Source: Spirochaetota bacterium
Lineage (GTDB): Bacteria > Spirochaetota > UBA4802 > JAFGDQ01
Reading direction: 5' to 3'
Length of the DNA stretch: 64,000 bases
Assembly (NCBI GenBank): GCA_034190085.1
Contig: JAXHTS010000072.1
Coordinates: 3,010 to 67,009, forward strand
This document shows, one piece after another, positions 47,288-56,756 of the stretch. The number at the start of each line of letters is the position of its first letter. The first letter of the stretch is position 1. The notes under the pieces are model-generated. The model saw nothing but the letters and a program-made list of their open reading frames with translations. It ran no database searches and was not told the DNA's origin. A program made the position numbers and the translations under genes.

Positions 47288-49544
47288 TTATCCTTTTCAA
47301 TACCCTCTTCTCAATCCTCTTAATCTCCCTCACCTCAGGGTATCCAATTCTTGTATGAAATATTCCATGCAATACCTTTATTATTGCCATCTGTATCTTA
47401 TTAAGCTCAGACATGGTAAGATCAGAATATTCTAGTTCTCCTTCATTTAGCCTATTATAGATTATCTTTTTAACAAGCCCCTCAAGTTTTATTTCTGTTG
47501 GATCTTTGAGTGATCTTGATGCTGCTTCTACAGAGTCCGCAAGCATTAAAACAGCGGCTTCTCTGGAATGTGGTTTTGGACCATAATACTGGAACTCTGC
47601 TTTATCAATCTCAGGCAAATTGCTGGAATTTTGCGCCTCTTCTAATGCTTGATGATAGAAGAAAGTCATTGTTGATTCTCCATGATGTTCTCCAATAAAT
47701 TGAATAATGGAGTCAGGGAGTCCCTCCTTTTCTGCGAGTGCAATCCCCTTCTGTACATGAGAAATAATAAGCTTCGAATACTTGGAGGGTGTAAGATCCT
47801 TAGGTGGTCCATTGCCCACCATATTTTCAATATAAATCTCAGCATCCTCAATCTTACCAATATCATGATAGTATCCGCCAACCTTTGCTAAAAGTGAATT
47901 CGCTCCAATAGCATCGCATGCTGCTTCAGCCATATTTGCGACCAATAAGGAATGATTATAAGTACCTGGGGCTCGAATAAGCATATCCTTAAAAATTGGC
48001 GCATTGAGATCAGATAGTTCAAGAAGCTTAAATTTTGTTGTAACCCCAAAAAGATTCTCATAAATAGGAAATATTCCCAATACAATGATAGAATTAATAA
48101 TGCCATTAGCAAAGGAGAGTCCCACATTATTCACAATATTAGGATAAAAACTGGATTCTTCGATTAAACCAAGGGCTACAATTACTAATGAGTTTATAAA
48201 ACCCAAAAGGAGACCCCCTTTGAGAAAATCTGTTCGCCTTTTGAAATCACCAATTATAAACACTCCTAGGACTGCTGAACTAAAGGCTAAAGCTACAATT
48301 GGGAATGAAGCGCCTCCAATAATAAAGATAAAAAAGACCATATATACTCCCGCTATCATAGAAACATATATGTTGCATAATATAGAAACGATCATCGTTA
48401 CAAAGGGAATGGGCAAATAAAGTGTAAAGATCATATTAGAATCGTGAATATTTTCAATTCTGGAAATAAAAAAGGTATAGAGAATAAAAAAAAGAACAAG
48501 AGAGAATATAATTATAGGAGACTTTGCATTTTGAATCAACCTATGATAAAACCCCATAAGAAAATATCCAAAAATAAGAACTATAATCAGTTGTAACAAT
48601 AATGTTCCTGCAATATAACTGATATTAGTTGATGCTGTATGTTTGTTAAGCACCTCAATCTTGGTTAATATCTCTGTAGTAACCACATCTCCATCCCTAA
48701 CCAGAGTTTGTCCCTTTTTTAGGATGCCATAAATGGGCTTAATAGATCTAATCTTCTCATCGATTCTCCTTCTACTCTCTTCAGTATTAAACTTAAGATT
48801 CGGTTTAAGATTTTTCCTTACGATCCTATATACAACCCTTAGCTGTTCTCTTGTAAGATTCGGAGCAATGGAATAGCATATCTTGTAGAGCTTGCTTTTG
48901 ATCTCCTGTATTGTCTTCAAATCATCAATAGTCATTGAGATCTCATTTGTATCTTCAGATGTATTTATAGTCCGGATTGAAATATTCTTATTATTTATCT
49001 TCAAGGGATTATCATAAGGCTCCCTCAAAATACCCCCATCAAAAATGTATATCATTATTCTATTTATTATTCTTCTCAATCCCTTGGGATTTTCATGTTT
49101 TAATAATTCCCATAATACCCTGTCACTATACATCATATGTTTAGGTAGCTTTGATTTGAGGGCTATTAGCTGGTATGTTCTGTCATCTCTTCCTATTGGT
49201 GGGCTTTCATATAATGTTGTTGAGACATAATTAAAAAGAGTTTCTACTATTTTTATCCTCTCAATGAAGACGGACTGATCTCTATCAAAGACTAGTGGCA
49301 CTATCTGTGATACTCTCTGCTTCTCCATTTCAGTCTCAGAATCAATCCTGTATTTTATATCCCCCGGCACTCTTATATCATCCTCTGCAATATCTCCGAT
49401 ACTGAATTCATATGTAGTGCCAATTATATTTATTGATAATAATGCGGTAGAAATCAAAATAATGATTAATGTCAGAATAAAGATGAGTCTGATTTCAGAT
49501 TTCATTACCATTGGTTTCAAGTATTTCCTTAGAACTCTTCTCAT
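47277..49544 (-). CDS. pgpH: 7TM-receptor/HD-domain phosphohydrolase (PgpH/YqfF-like)
   Basis: 755 aa. It has an N-terminal signal-anchor, an extracellular domain, seven hydrophobic helices (aa ~300-480) and a C-terminal HD domain (NHSLLVANMAE...GGYYHDIGK). Its position between phoH and ybeY is the conserved operon context. Confidence 0.8.
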   Translation of the reverse strand: MRRVLRKYLKPMVMKSEIRLIFILTLIIILISTALLSINIIGTTYEFSIGDIAEDDIRVPGDIKYRIDSETEMEKQRVSQIVPLVFDRDQSVFIERIKIVETLFNYVSTTLYESPPIGRDDRTYQLIALKSKLPKHMMYSDRVLWELLKHENPKGLRRIINRIMIYIFDGGILREPYDNPLKINNKNISIRTINTSEDTNEISMTIDDLKTIQEIKSKLYKICYSIAPNLTREQLRVVYRIVRKNLKPNLKFNTEESRRRIDEKIRSIKPIYGILKKGQTLVRDGDVVTTEILTKIEVLNKHTASTNISYIAGTLLLQLIIVLIFGYFLMGFYHRLIQNAKSPIIIFSLVLFFILYTFFISRIENIHDSNMIFTLYLPIPFVTMIVSILCNIYVSMIAGVYMVFFIFIIGGASFPIVALAFSSAVLGVFIIGDFKRRTDFLKGGLLLGFINSLVIVALGLIEESSFYPNIVNNVGLSFANGIINSIIVLGIFPIYENLFGVTTKFKLLELSDLNAPIFKDMLIRAPGTYNHSLLVANMAEAACDAIGANSLLAKVGGYYHDIGKIEDAEIYIENMVGNGPPKDLTPSKYSKLIISHVQKGIALAEKEGLPDSIIQFIGEHHGESTMTFFYHQALEEAQNSSNLPEIDKAEFQYYGPKPHSREAAVLMLADSVEAASRSLKDPTEIKLEGLVKKIIYNRLNEGELEYSDLTMSELNKIQMAIIKVLHGIFHTRIGYPEVREIKRIEKRVLKRINEG

Positions 49545-49586
49545 TTAACCAACAATATAAAATTGGTTTCTGGGTTTCTCCAATAA

Positions 49587-50549
49587 TTATCCCATCTTAG
49601 CATAATTATTATATGCCTCCACAATCTTTTCTACAACGGGATGTCTACAGATATCCTCTTTGGTTAATTCTATAAAAGATATTTCATCAATATTTTTTAA
49701 TATTTTCATTGATTGTAGAAGGCCGGAGTTTTTTGGTTTTTCAAGATCAATCTGAGTAATATCCCCTGATATTACGATCTTCGAATTATTACCGAGTCTA
49801 GTTAAAAACATTTTCATTTGAGATGTGGATGTATTCTGAGCTTCATCCAATATAACAAAGGCATCGTTTAACGTTCGACCACGCATATATGCTAAAGGCG
49901 CGATCTCAATGCTATTTGATTCTATGAGCTTAGAAATCCTCTCAAAGGGTAAAAGATCAAAAAGCGCATCGTAAAGGGGCCGCAGGTAAGGATTAATCTT
50001 TTGTATCAAATCTCCTGGCAAAAAACCAAGACTCTCTCCAGCCTCAACAGCAGGCCTAGTTAGAATTATCCTCTTCATTCGTCCAGAAATAAAATATAAA
50101 AGAGCGACCGCAACAGCCAAATAGGTTTTACCTGTACCAGCCGGTCCATAAGCGATGGTTATTGGTGTTTTATGAATTGATGAAATATAATGAGCCTGAT
50201 TAATTGTTCTTGGAACAATCGTCTTGCTGGCTTCAGGTATTGTTATTTTTAATCTTTTAATCTCATTGATGTCTACACTTTTCCCAGAAGCGACTAGGGT
50301 CGCTAAATACTTAATGTCAAACTCATCAAATTCATATTTATCGTCATTTAAATGTAAATAGTCTCCCATCAAATGGAGAAGCCTTAATGCCTTATCAGCA
50401 TTTCCGTTTTGATCGCTTATAATCAGTATGTTCCCTCTTGGTATTATACCAACCTTTAATATATCCTCAATTATTTTAATATTGATATCCTTGACACCAC
50501 AAATCCTCTTATAAAGAGAGGTATCATCTATCTCAAACTTGTTCTCCAT
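49587..50549 (-). CDS. phoH: PhoH-like ATPase
   Basis: 320 aa with Walker A GPAGTGKTYLAVA and Walker B FVILDEAQN. The family-typical GDITQIDL motif is present. Confidence 0.9.
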   Translation of the reverse strand: MENKFEIDDTSLYKRICGVKDINIKIIEDILKVGIIPRGNILIISDQNGNADKALRLLHLMGDYLHLNDDKYEFDEFDIKYLATLVASGKSVDINEIKRLKITIPEASKTIVPRTINQAHYISSIHKTPITIAYGPAGTGKTYLAVAVALLYFISGRMKRIILTRPAVEAGESLGFLPGDLIQKINPYLRPLYDALFDLLPFERISKLIESNSIEIAPLAYMRGRTLNDAFVILDEAQNTSTSQMKMFLTRLGNNSKIVISGDITQIDLEKPKNSGLLQSMKILKNIDEISFIELTKEDICRHPVVEKIVEAYNNYAKMG

Positions 50550-50553
50550 AATT

Positions 50554-52329
50554 TTATCTTTCCACCACCCTTATGCCTAATTCTTTTAGTTGCTCTAAAG
50601 ATACATGTGCCGGGGCCTCACTCATAAGGCATTGTCCCCTATGAGTCTTCGGAAAAGGAATAACATCCCTAATTGAGTCTCTATTAATTAGTAGCATCAA
50701 TATCCTGTCTAATCCAAGGGCTATACCTCCATGCGGAGGAGCTCCATAACCAAGCGCCTCGATTAGAAATGAAAACTTTTGTTTATACTCCTCTTCAGGT
50801 ATTCCAAGAATAGAGAACATCTTCTTTTGTAATTCGATGTTACTTATCCTAATCGAACCTCCTCCTATCTCAACACCATTCAATACAATATCATATGCCT
50901 GAGACTTTACTCTCTCTACATTATCAGGATTAATACTATCCAGTAAATCTATATGCGCTGGCATTGGAGAGGTAAAGGGGTGATGTTTAGCAAAAAATCT
51001 CTTTTCATCATTATTATATTCCAAAAGTGGAAAATCAGTTACCCATAAAAAATTTAACTCATCCTTATTAATTAAATCAAGATCATCTGCTATTCTTTTT
51101 CGTAGGTTAGCGAGGGTATCATTGACAATAATTTGAGAATCGGAAGAGAAGAACACTATTGTATTCCCTTGAATATTAAACCTTTCAATTAAGATAACCC
51201 GTTGCTCTTCGTTAATAAACTTCGAAATTCCACCAACAAAAGAACCATCCTTACATCTTATCCATGGAAGGCCCTTTGCCTTAAAAGCCCTAACATACTC
51301 TGTATATTCTTCGATAGTTTTTCTGGATATCTTCCCCTGATCTGAGATTGCAATACCCTTGACAATTCCTCCTCCTGACAAGGCGGATTCAAAAACCTTA
51401 AACTCAGTATTCTGAAAAATATCACTGCAATCAATAAGCTCAATATCAAATCTCATATCAGGGGCATCAGTGCCGAATCTTGCTATTGCGTTATCATAGC
51501 TTATCCTCTGAAATGGAATCTTTATCTCCTTGCCTATAACATCCTTGACCATATCCCTCAATAATTCCTCAATTATCTCAATAATATCATCAGGTACAAT
51601 AAAGGACATCTCAATATCTATCTGGGTAAACTCCGGTTGCCTGTCATAACGAAGATCCTCATCCCTAAAACATTTGGTAATCTGAAAATATCTGTCAAAG
51701 CCGGAAACCATTAAAATCTGTTTAAAGAGTTGGGGAGACTGAGGAAGGGCATAAAACATCCCCTTATTTATTCTACTGGGAACAAGAAAATCTCTTGCCC
51801 CCTCTGGGGTTGATTTGTTAAGTATCGGTGTCTCAATCTCAAGAAACCTGTTCTGAGATAAATATTTTCTGACGCTCTGCATCAATATATGCCTTTTTAT
51901 TATAGCCTCCCTCATATCTTCCCTGCGTAAATCCAGGTACCTATACCTCAACCTCATATCTTCGCTAACTGACACCTTAAATTCTAGAGGAATTGGGGGG
52001 GTATTGGATGTATTTAAAATCTCAATGTGATCAACCACAATCTCTAATTCCCCTGTGACTAAATCTGGATTGATGTTATCCTCGAATCTTCTTCGAACTA
52101 GCCCCCTTGCAAGTATACAGTATTCACTTTTAATCTCTTCAGCTATGCTAAACATGTCTGATGAATTGGAAGAATCAATCAAAACCTGAATAATGCCTGT
52201 CACATCTCGAAGTTGAATAAATATAATCCCTCCCAGATCTCTCTTCATCGCCACCCATCCACAAAGAAGCACTCTCTTGCCAATATCTAAGATTGACAAC
52301 TCTCCACAATAGGATCTCTCTTTCAACAT
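50554..52329 (-). CDS. aspS: Aspartate-tRNA ligase
   Basis: Class IIb aaRS. The N-terminal OB-fold begins SYCGEL...LCGWV. Motifs FRDEDLRYDRQPEFTQID, an inserted GAD-like domain, and GGGSIRI...PPHGGIALGLDR are present. The ORF track begins at TTG 52344. I prefer ATG 52329 (MLKERSYCGEL), which matches the usual AspRS N-terminus. Confidence 0.92.
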   Translation of the reverse strand: MLKERSYCGELSILDIGKRVLLCGWVAMKRDLGGIIFIQLRDVTGIIQVLIDSSNSSDMFSIAEEIKSEYCILARGLVRRRFEDNINPDLVTGELEIVVDHIEILNTSNTPPIPLEFKVSVSEDMRLRYRYLDLRREDMREAIIKRHILMQSVRKYLSQNRFLEIETPILNKSTPEGARDFLVPSRINKGMFYALPQSPQLFKQILMVSGFDRYFQITKCFRDEDLRYDRQPEFTQIDIEMSFIVPDDIIEIIEELLRDMVKDVIGKEIKIPFQRISYDNAIARFGTDAPDMRFDIELIDCSDIFQNTEFKVFESALSGGGIVKGIAISDQGKISRKTIEEYTEYVRAFKAKGLPWIRCKDGSFVGGISKFINEEQRVILIERFNIQGNTIVFFSSDSQIIVNDTLANLRKRIADDLDLINKDELNFLWVTDFPLLEYNNDEKRFFAKHHPFTSPMPAHIDLLDSINPDNVERVKSQAYDIVLNGVEIGGGSIRISNIELQKKMFSILGIPEEEYKQKFSFLIEALGYGAPPHGGIALGLDRILMLLINRDSIRDVIPFPKTHRGQCLMSEAPAHVSLEQLKELGIRVVER

Positions 52330-52387
52330 TCTTTTGCTTCCCAACCTTTGATATTAATATAATTAAATTAAATAGTTCAATGAGAAG

Positions 52388-52432
52388 GAATGGCTCCACT
52401 ATCACCCCATAAGAGTGAAGATGGAGCCATTC
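52388..52432 (-). promoter_or_regulatory. Imperfect 45-nt hairpin in the aspS 5' leader
   Basis: GAATGGCTCCA (52388-52398) pairs with TGGAGCCATTC (52422-52432). An inner 4-bp TCAC/GTGA helix closes a 9-nt loop. No U-tract follows on the minus strand, so it is not a canonical terminator. Confidence 0.25.
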
Positions 52433-52854
52433 AACTTAACATCTATATTCGATATACCTTTTAACCTACTCAATTACAATTGTACTTAAAAGTACGATTC
52501 CATTTTTGTGATAAGGCACAACTTCTATTGATATATTAGCTAAATCCTTAAATTAAAAACAATTAAGCATAATATTGCCTAATTTCGGTGTATCTAAAAA
52601 AAGGCTTAAGGATAAGTAATTGATAATGGATGAATTATATCTCAAATCTAATAAATCTTCAAATAATATTTGCGATGAAGAATGCGCCATTTCATTGAAG
52701 GTTTAAATATTGATGTTGAATAATCTTGTCAAGCGCAAAAACGGGTTGGGAATATTCGGATTAGAATAATATTCTATCATATTATACTTATTTATATTTT
52801 AATGAACATTATACAACAGGAGAGAATTTTTATACTTATTATGATGTGTATTGT

Positions 52855-52928
52855 TAGCGGAGGAGGGACTCGAACCCCCCACACCACGGATATGAGCCGT
52901 GTGCTCTAACCAACTGAGCTACTCCGCC
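52855..52928 (-). tRNA. tRNA with CAU anticodon, elongator type (tRNA-Met; tRNA-Ile2 not excluded)
   Basis: The reverse complement is GGCGGAGTAGCTCAGTTGGTTAGAGCACACGGCTCATATCCGTGGTGTGGGGGGTTCGAGTCCCTCCTCCGCTA, which folds as a cloverleaf. It has a 7-bp acceptor stem with G1-U72, a GTAGCTCAGTTGGTTAGAGCAC D-arm like elongator tRNA-Met, the anticodon loop CTCATAT and the T-loop TTCGAGT. No CCA is encoded. Confidence 0.9.
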
Positions 52929-52939
52929 AAATTTCAAAT

Positions 52940-53014
<75 letters not shown>

Positions 53015-53280
53015 CATTAAGAGCACTATTATAATGAAAATAAACTGTCAACTAATTTTCCAGCATATCAATACAATTTTTTGTCTCATAAAATGCTATT
53101 CATACATGAGTTTCTCATTTTAAAGAATAAATGATTCATCATGAGAATAATATAAATCAAGTTCTAAAGTTAAGTAGTAAACAGATAGCATCTACCTTTG
53201 AGTAAATTCAATATCACCCCAAACACGCATGAGAAATATAATAATAGTAAATCGTAATTCTCAAAAGACAAATAGAGTAT

Positions 53281-54588
53281 TTAAGCTTTTAAAACGATAT
53301 GAGGAGCCTTCTCTAAATCAGATTTATGAGGAGGTGATGCTAGAGAAGCGCATACAGCCCCAAACAGTAACATTATAAGCACCCCTATAAACGCAAGATC
53401 GTAATTCCCGTATTTATCAGCAATGTAACCGGCTAGCACAGGCACAGGCGCCCCCAGACCGATTAGAAAGGGTTGAATAAATCCATTGATGCTGGCAAAG
53501 GATGAGGGACCAAAGTAGTTGCCGATCATGGCCGGAAGCATAACAACAGTTGTGCCAAAGGCAAATCCATAAATCGAACCAATCACAAGCATGGCAGAGA
53601 TGTTTAAAGGGGCTTTCCAAATACCGAATAATGATAATGCCATTATCCCCATAGCCGCTGATAAAATCCAGTGAGGCTCAATTCTGTCCCCTGCAATCCC
53701 CATGGGGAAACGAGCCACACCACTGCTTAAAATAATGATGCTGATGATAGAGGATGCTTGCAATGCAGAAAACCCTACATCCGTTAGGTGCAATACTCCA
53801 TGAACGGTTACTATATACAGGGACCAAAGTTGAGCAAGCATGACCAACATTGTCAAGTACAAAGCCCATGTATGTAAAGTCTCTTTTAAAGTCCAGGAAA
53901 CTGACGTTCGAAAAGTTTTAGCAGATTTTAACACACCAGATCCAGTTACTGTTCTGTTATCATCCGAGTTAATGCCATCAATGTGTTGACCAATGTCGGA
54001 GGGTTTCCCTATAATCCAATATGAGGCTATTAGAGCAATAAGCGAGAAAATACCAATAATCAACCACCCCAATTCCCATGATCCAGCCATCTGCATTATC
54101 CATGTTAGTAATGGAGTGATGATAAATCCTGCAACTGCTGCACCGGTTAGAACTATACCCAAAACAGTAGCCCTCTTGACATTAAACCAAAACATAATTG
54201 TGGTCTGTATCGGTATTATTCCAGAAAAGGCAAAGGCAAATGGCATTATAATGCCCCAAAGAAAAATCCAATGCCAAAGTTGACTGGCAAACAGACCCAG
54301 CAACAACATCGACACTGTCATAATACCAAGGCCAATTGACATTGTGAGTCTAGTTCCATATCGGTTGATCGTTAATGCAACCATTGGAGCCAGTAAACCA
54401 ACAATAATACCTCGAATGGTATGGGCGAGTGAAGCATCTCCACGACCCCATCCCTGAGTCTTTATCATTACCGGGAATATTACAGTAAAACCGTAAAAGA
54501 CTATGCCCATGGCTGTCCCATAGATAACAAAAAGAAGAGACACATTTATCCAGCCATAAAAGTTAGCCTTTATTATTTTCTTCAACAT
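53281..54588 (-). CDS. Major facilitator superfamily transporter
   Basis: 435 aa with about 12 hydrophobic helices in a 6+6 arrangement. A central hydrophilic loop spans aa ~195-225. The substrate is not inferable. Confidence 0.75.
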   Translation of the reverse strand: MLKKIIKANFYGWINVSLLFVIYGTAMGIVFYGFTVIFPVMIKTQGWGRGDASLAHTIRGIIVGLLAPMVALTINRYGTRLTMSIGLGIMTVSMLLLGLFASQLWHWIFLWGIIMPFAFAFSGIIPIQTTIMFWFNVKRATVLGIVLTGAAVAGFIITPLLTWIMQMAGSWELGWLIIGIFSLIALIASYWIIGKPSDIGQHIDGINSDDNRTVTGSGVLKSAKTFRTSVSWTLKETLHTWALYLTMLVMLAQLWSLYIVTVHGVLHLTDVGFSALQASSIISIIILSSGVARFPMGIAGDRIEPHWILSAAMGIMALSLFGIWKAPLNISAMLVIGSIYGFAFGTTVVMLPAMIGNYFGPSSFASINGFIQPFLIGLGAPVPVLAGYIADKYGNYDLAFIGVLIMLLFGAVCASLASPPHKSDLEKAPHIVLKA

Positions 54589-54961
54589 TAATCAACCCTC
54601 CAAATCTAAATCCACATTACTATCTCATACATTCCTTGCAAAATAGGGATCATCAATGCAAAAAACAGCTAAAAATATGCAAATATTTATATTATCAATA
54701 GCCAACCTAGTATGAAATAATCTCAATACTGCTTGAAAATATAAAAAAATACTTGCTTATTTACGTTTGAGTAATAATTATATAAAATTTGTTCAAGAAT
54801 CCGCATCATCCATTCGATGTAAATACTGAAAACTAAAGAAATGAGGTGCAATTTGTTTCAAAAATATTTTAATAATGAGACTATCAGAATAATATTCCTA
54901 TTCATTATGGTAATTTCCTTACTAATAATATCAGGTATAACTCTCTAAAGTAATAATTATG

Positions 54962-54985
54962 CCAACAACATTCATTTGTTGTTGG
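54962..54985. terminator. 9-bp perfect hairpin (CCAACAACA-TTCATT-TGTTGTTGG), candidate intrinsic terminator
   Basis: The stem halves lie at 54962-54970 and 54977-54985. The plus strand continues TTTAGTAGTT. On the minus strand it lies ~120 nt downstream of the SSS transporter stop and is followed by CATAATTATTACTTT. Confidence 0.3.
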
Positions 54986-55107
54986 TTTAGTAGTTAAGAT
55001 TAATATTCTATGCTAATATCCTGCATTTACTCTCCCCCCAACCATTATTGGTAAAGCGTCTTAAAATCATTATACTTCAATAAAGGATGCTTGTGTTGAT
55101 ATGTTTA

Positions 55108-56694
55108 CTAATAAATTATATCTTCAAGATGGCTAGAGAGTATAATTATCATCACCCCATAAGCGATCAATAAACCATAGACGATTAGCCAAGGTTTACA
55201 ATGCTTATCTGATATTCTTAACGCTTCGTCAAACCTATAACAACTCCTATTGAACAATGCTAATACCAAACCCGTTCCAAAGGTTATAATAAATCCGATC
55301 GCATTCCACCATAACCATGATATCTTTATAATGCCAGTTGATAAAAAGACATTTATACATACGCCCATAATCCCACCGAGTATTACATCTCGTGAAGAGG
55401 CCCTTTGTATAAACATTCCCAGAATAAAAACAGCAGCAATAGGTCCATAAAATATGGAACCTATCATGTTAATTGACTCAATAACTGTTTTGGAAATACC
55501 TTCAGTGATAAATGCAAATCCAGTGCAGAAAAATCCCCAGAAAAGGGTTGTAAGTTTTGATGCCCTAAACATTTCATGCTCACTCAATTTTTTTAGGATG
55601 GTCGGTTTTAGGATATCCTCGATTGTTGATGCGCTGAGAGAATTTAATGCGGAATCAAGTGATGACATGCTTGCTGCAAGAATTGCCACAATAATAATTC
55701 CGGACACGCCAGCAGGTAGATAATGTACAACAAATACTGGAACCATATAATCCACCTTGCCTTTTGGAATGAGGCTCATGAATTCATTATTGGATAAAGC
55801 GAAGGCACCTATTATCAATCCGACAATGCAATAACTGAGCACCACCGGATATCGTCCGATTGAGTTGAATATTAGAGATATTCTAGAATCAAGCAACGAA
55901 CGTGCAGAAATTTCCCTCTGCACCTGGCTCTGATCGAATCCATAATATGATGTATAGAGGAAGAATCCACCAATGAAGAGTGGAAGAAATCCGAAAGTGC
56001 CGTCTTCATGAAAACCAAACTCATTAAAATCAATGGCAATAAGCCTATCTGTGGAAATGTATTGGAAGATTGCTTTCCAACCTCCAATATAATTTAAACC
56101 AAAAATCACGCATATTATTATTCCTACAAAGATGAGAAGCATCTGTATCACATCTGAGATTACAACCGCCTTAATGCCGCCCATATAATCATAGATTATC
56201 GAAACCGCTCCTATTATGAATATTGTATATGTAATCGGAATCTTTAACATCACTGATATTACTATTGCAGTTGCATAAATAGTCACACCAGTTGCAAGTC
56301 CCCTGCTTATGAGGAAAACAATGCTTACAAATGAACGTACTATCCTGTCATCGAATCTAATCTCAAGATACTCATAGATACTTATTAATCCAAATTTATG
56401 GAATAGAGGTATCACCTTCCATATAAGGATAATCATAGCAAAGGGTACCGCGAATTCATAACCAAGCCAAATAAGGCCTCCCCCGGGCCTTAATCCTACA
56501 AATGCGGGAGCAGATATAAAGCTAATTGCGCCAAGTTGAGTTGCCATGGTGGAAAAGCCGACAGACCACCAAGAAAGATTCTTTGAACCCAAAAAATAAT
56601 CCTTCAATCCAGTCTGTGACCTGCCTAAATACCATCCAAGGAAGATCAATCCTAAAATATAAATGATAATAATCCCCCAATCAATAAGGGTCAT
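55108..56694 (-). CDS. Sodium:solute symporter family (SSF) transporter
   Basis: 528 aa with ~13 predicted helices. The N-terminal segment (GRSQTGLKDYFLG...WWSVGFSTMATQLGAISFISAPAF) is typical of PutP/PanF/SglT-type SSF proteins. Confidence 0.8.
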   Translation of the reverse strand: MTLIDWGIIIIYILGLIFLGWYLGRSQTGLKDYFLGSKNLSWWSVGFSTMATQLGAISFISAPAFVGLRPGGGLIWLGYEFAVPFAMIILIWKVIPLFHKFGLISIYEYLEIRFDDRIVRSFVSIVFLISRGLATGVTIYATAIVISVMLKIPITYTIFIIGAVSIIYDYMGGIKAVVISDVIQMLLIFVGIIICVIFGLNYIGGWKAIFQYISTDRLIAIDFNEFGFHEDGTFGFLPLFIGGFFLYTSYYGFDQSQVQREISARSLLDSRISLIFNSIGRYPVVLSYCIVGLIIGAFALSNNEFMSLIPKGKVDYMVPVFVVHYLPAGVSGIIIVAILAASMSSLDSALNSLSASTIEDILKPTILKKLSEHEMFRASKLTTLFWGFFCTGFAFITEGISKTVIESINMIGSIFYGPIAAVFILGMFIQRASSRDVILGGIMGVCINVFLSTGIIKISWLWWNAIGFIITFGTGLVLALFNRSCYRFDEALRISDKHCKPWLIVYGLLIAYGVMIIILSSHLEDIIY

Positions 56695-56756
56695 AATTTA
56701 GCTGTTCCCCTTTGTTATTATGTATATATCTGTTCATGTAGTAAGGATTGCATCTA

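Noticed and set aside
52345-52854. Possible T-box riboswitch or attenuator upstream of aspS
   Set aside because: I could find no T-box consensus sequence, no specifier-loop arrangement, and no terminator/antiterminator pair with a U-tract. Only the isolated hairpin at 52388-52432 remains, and it is reported separately at low interest.
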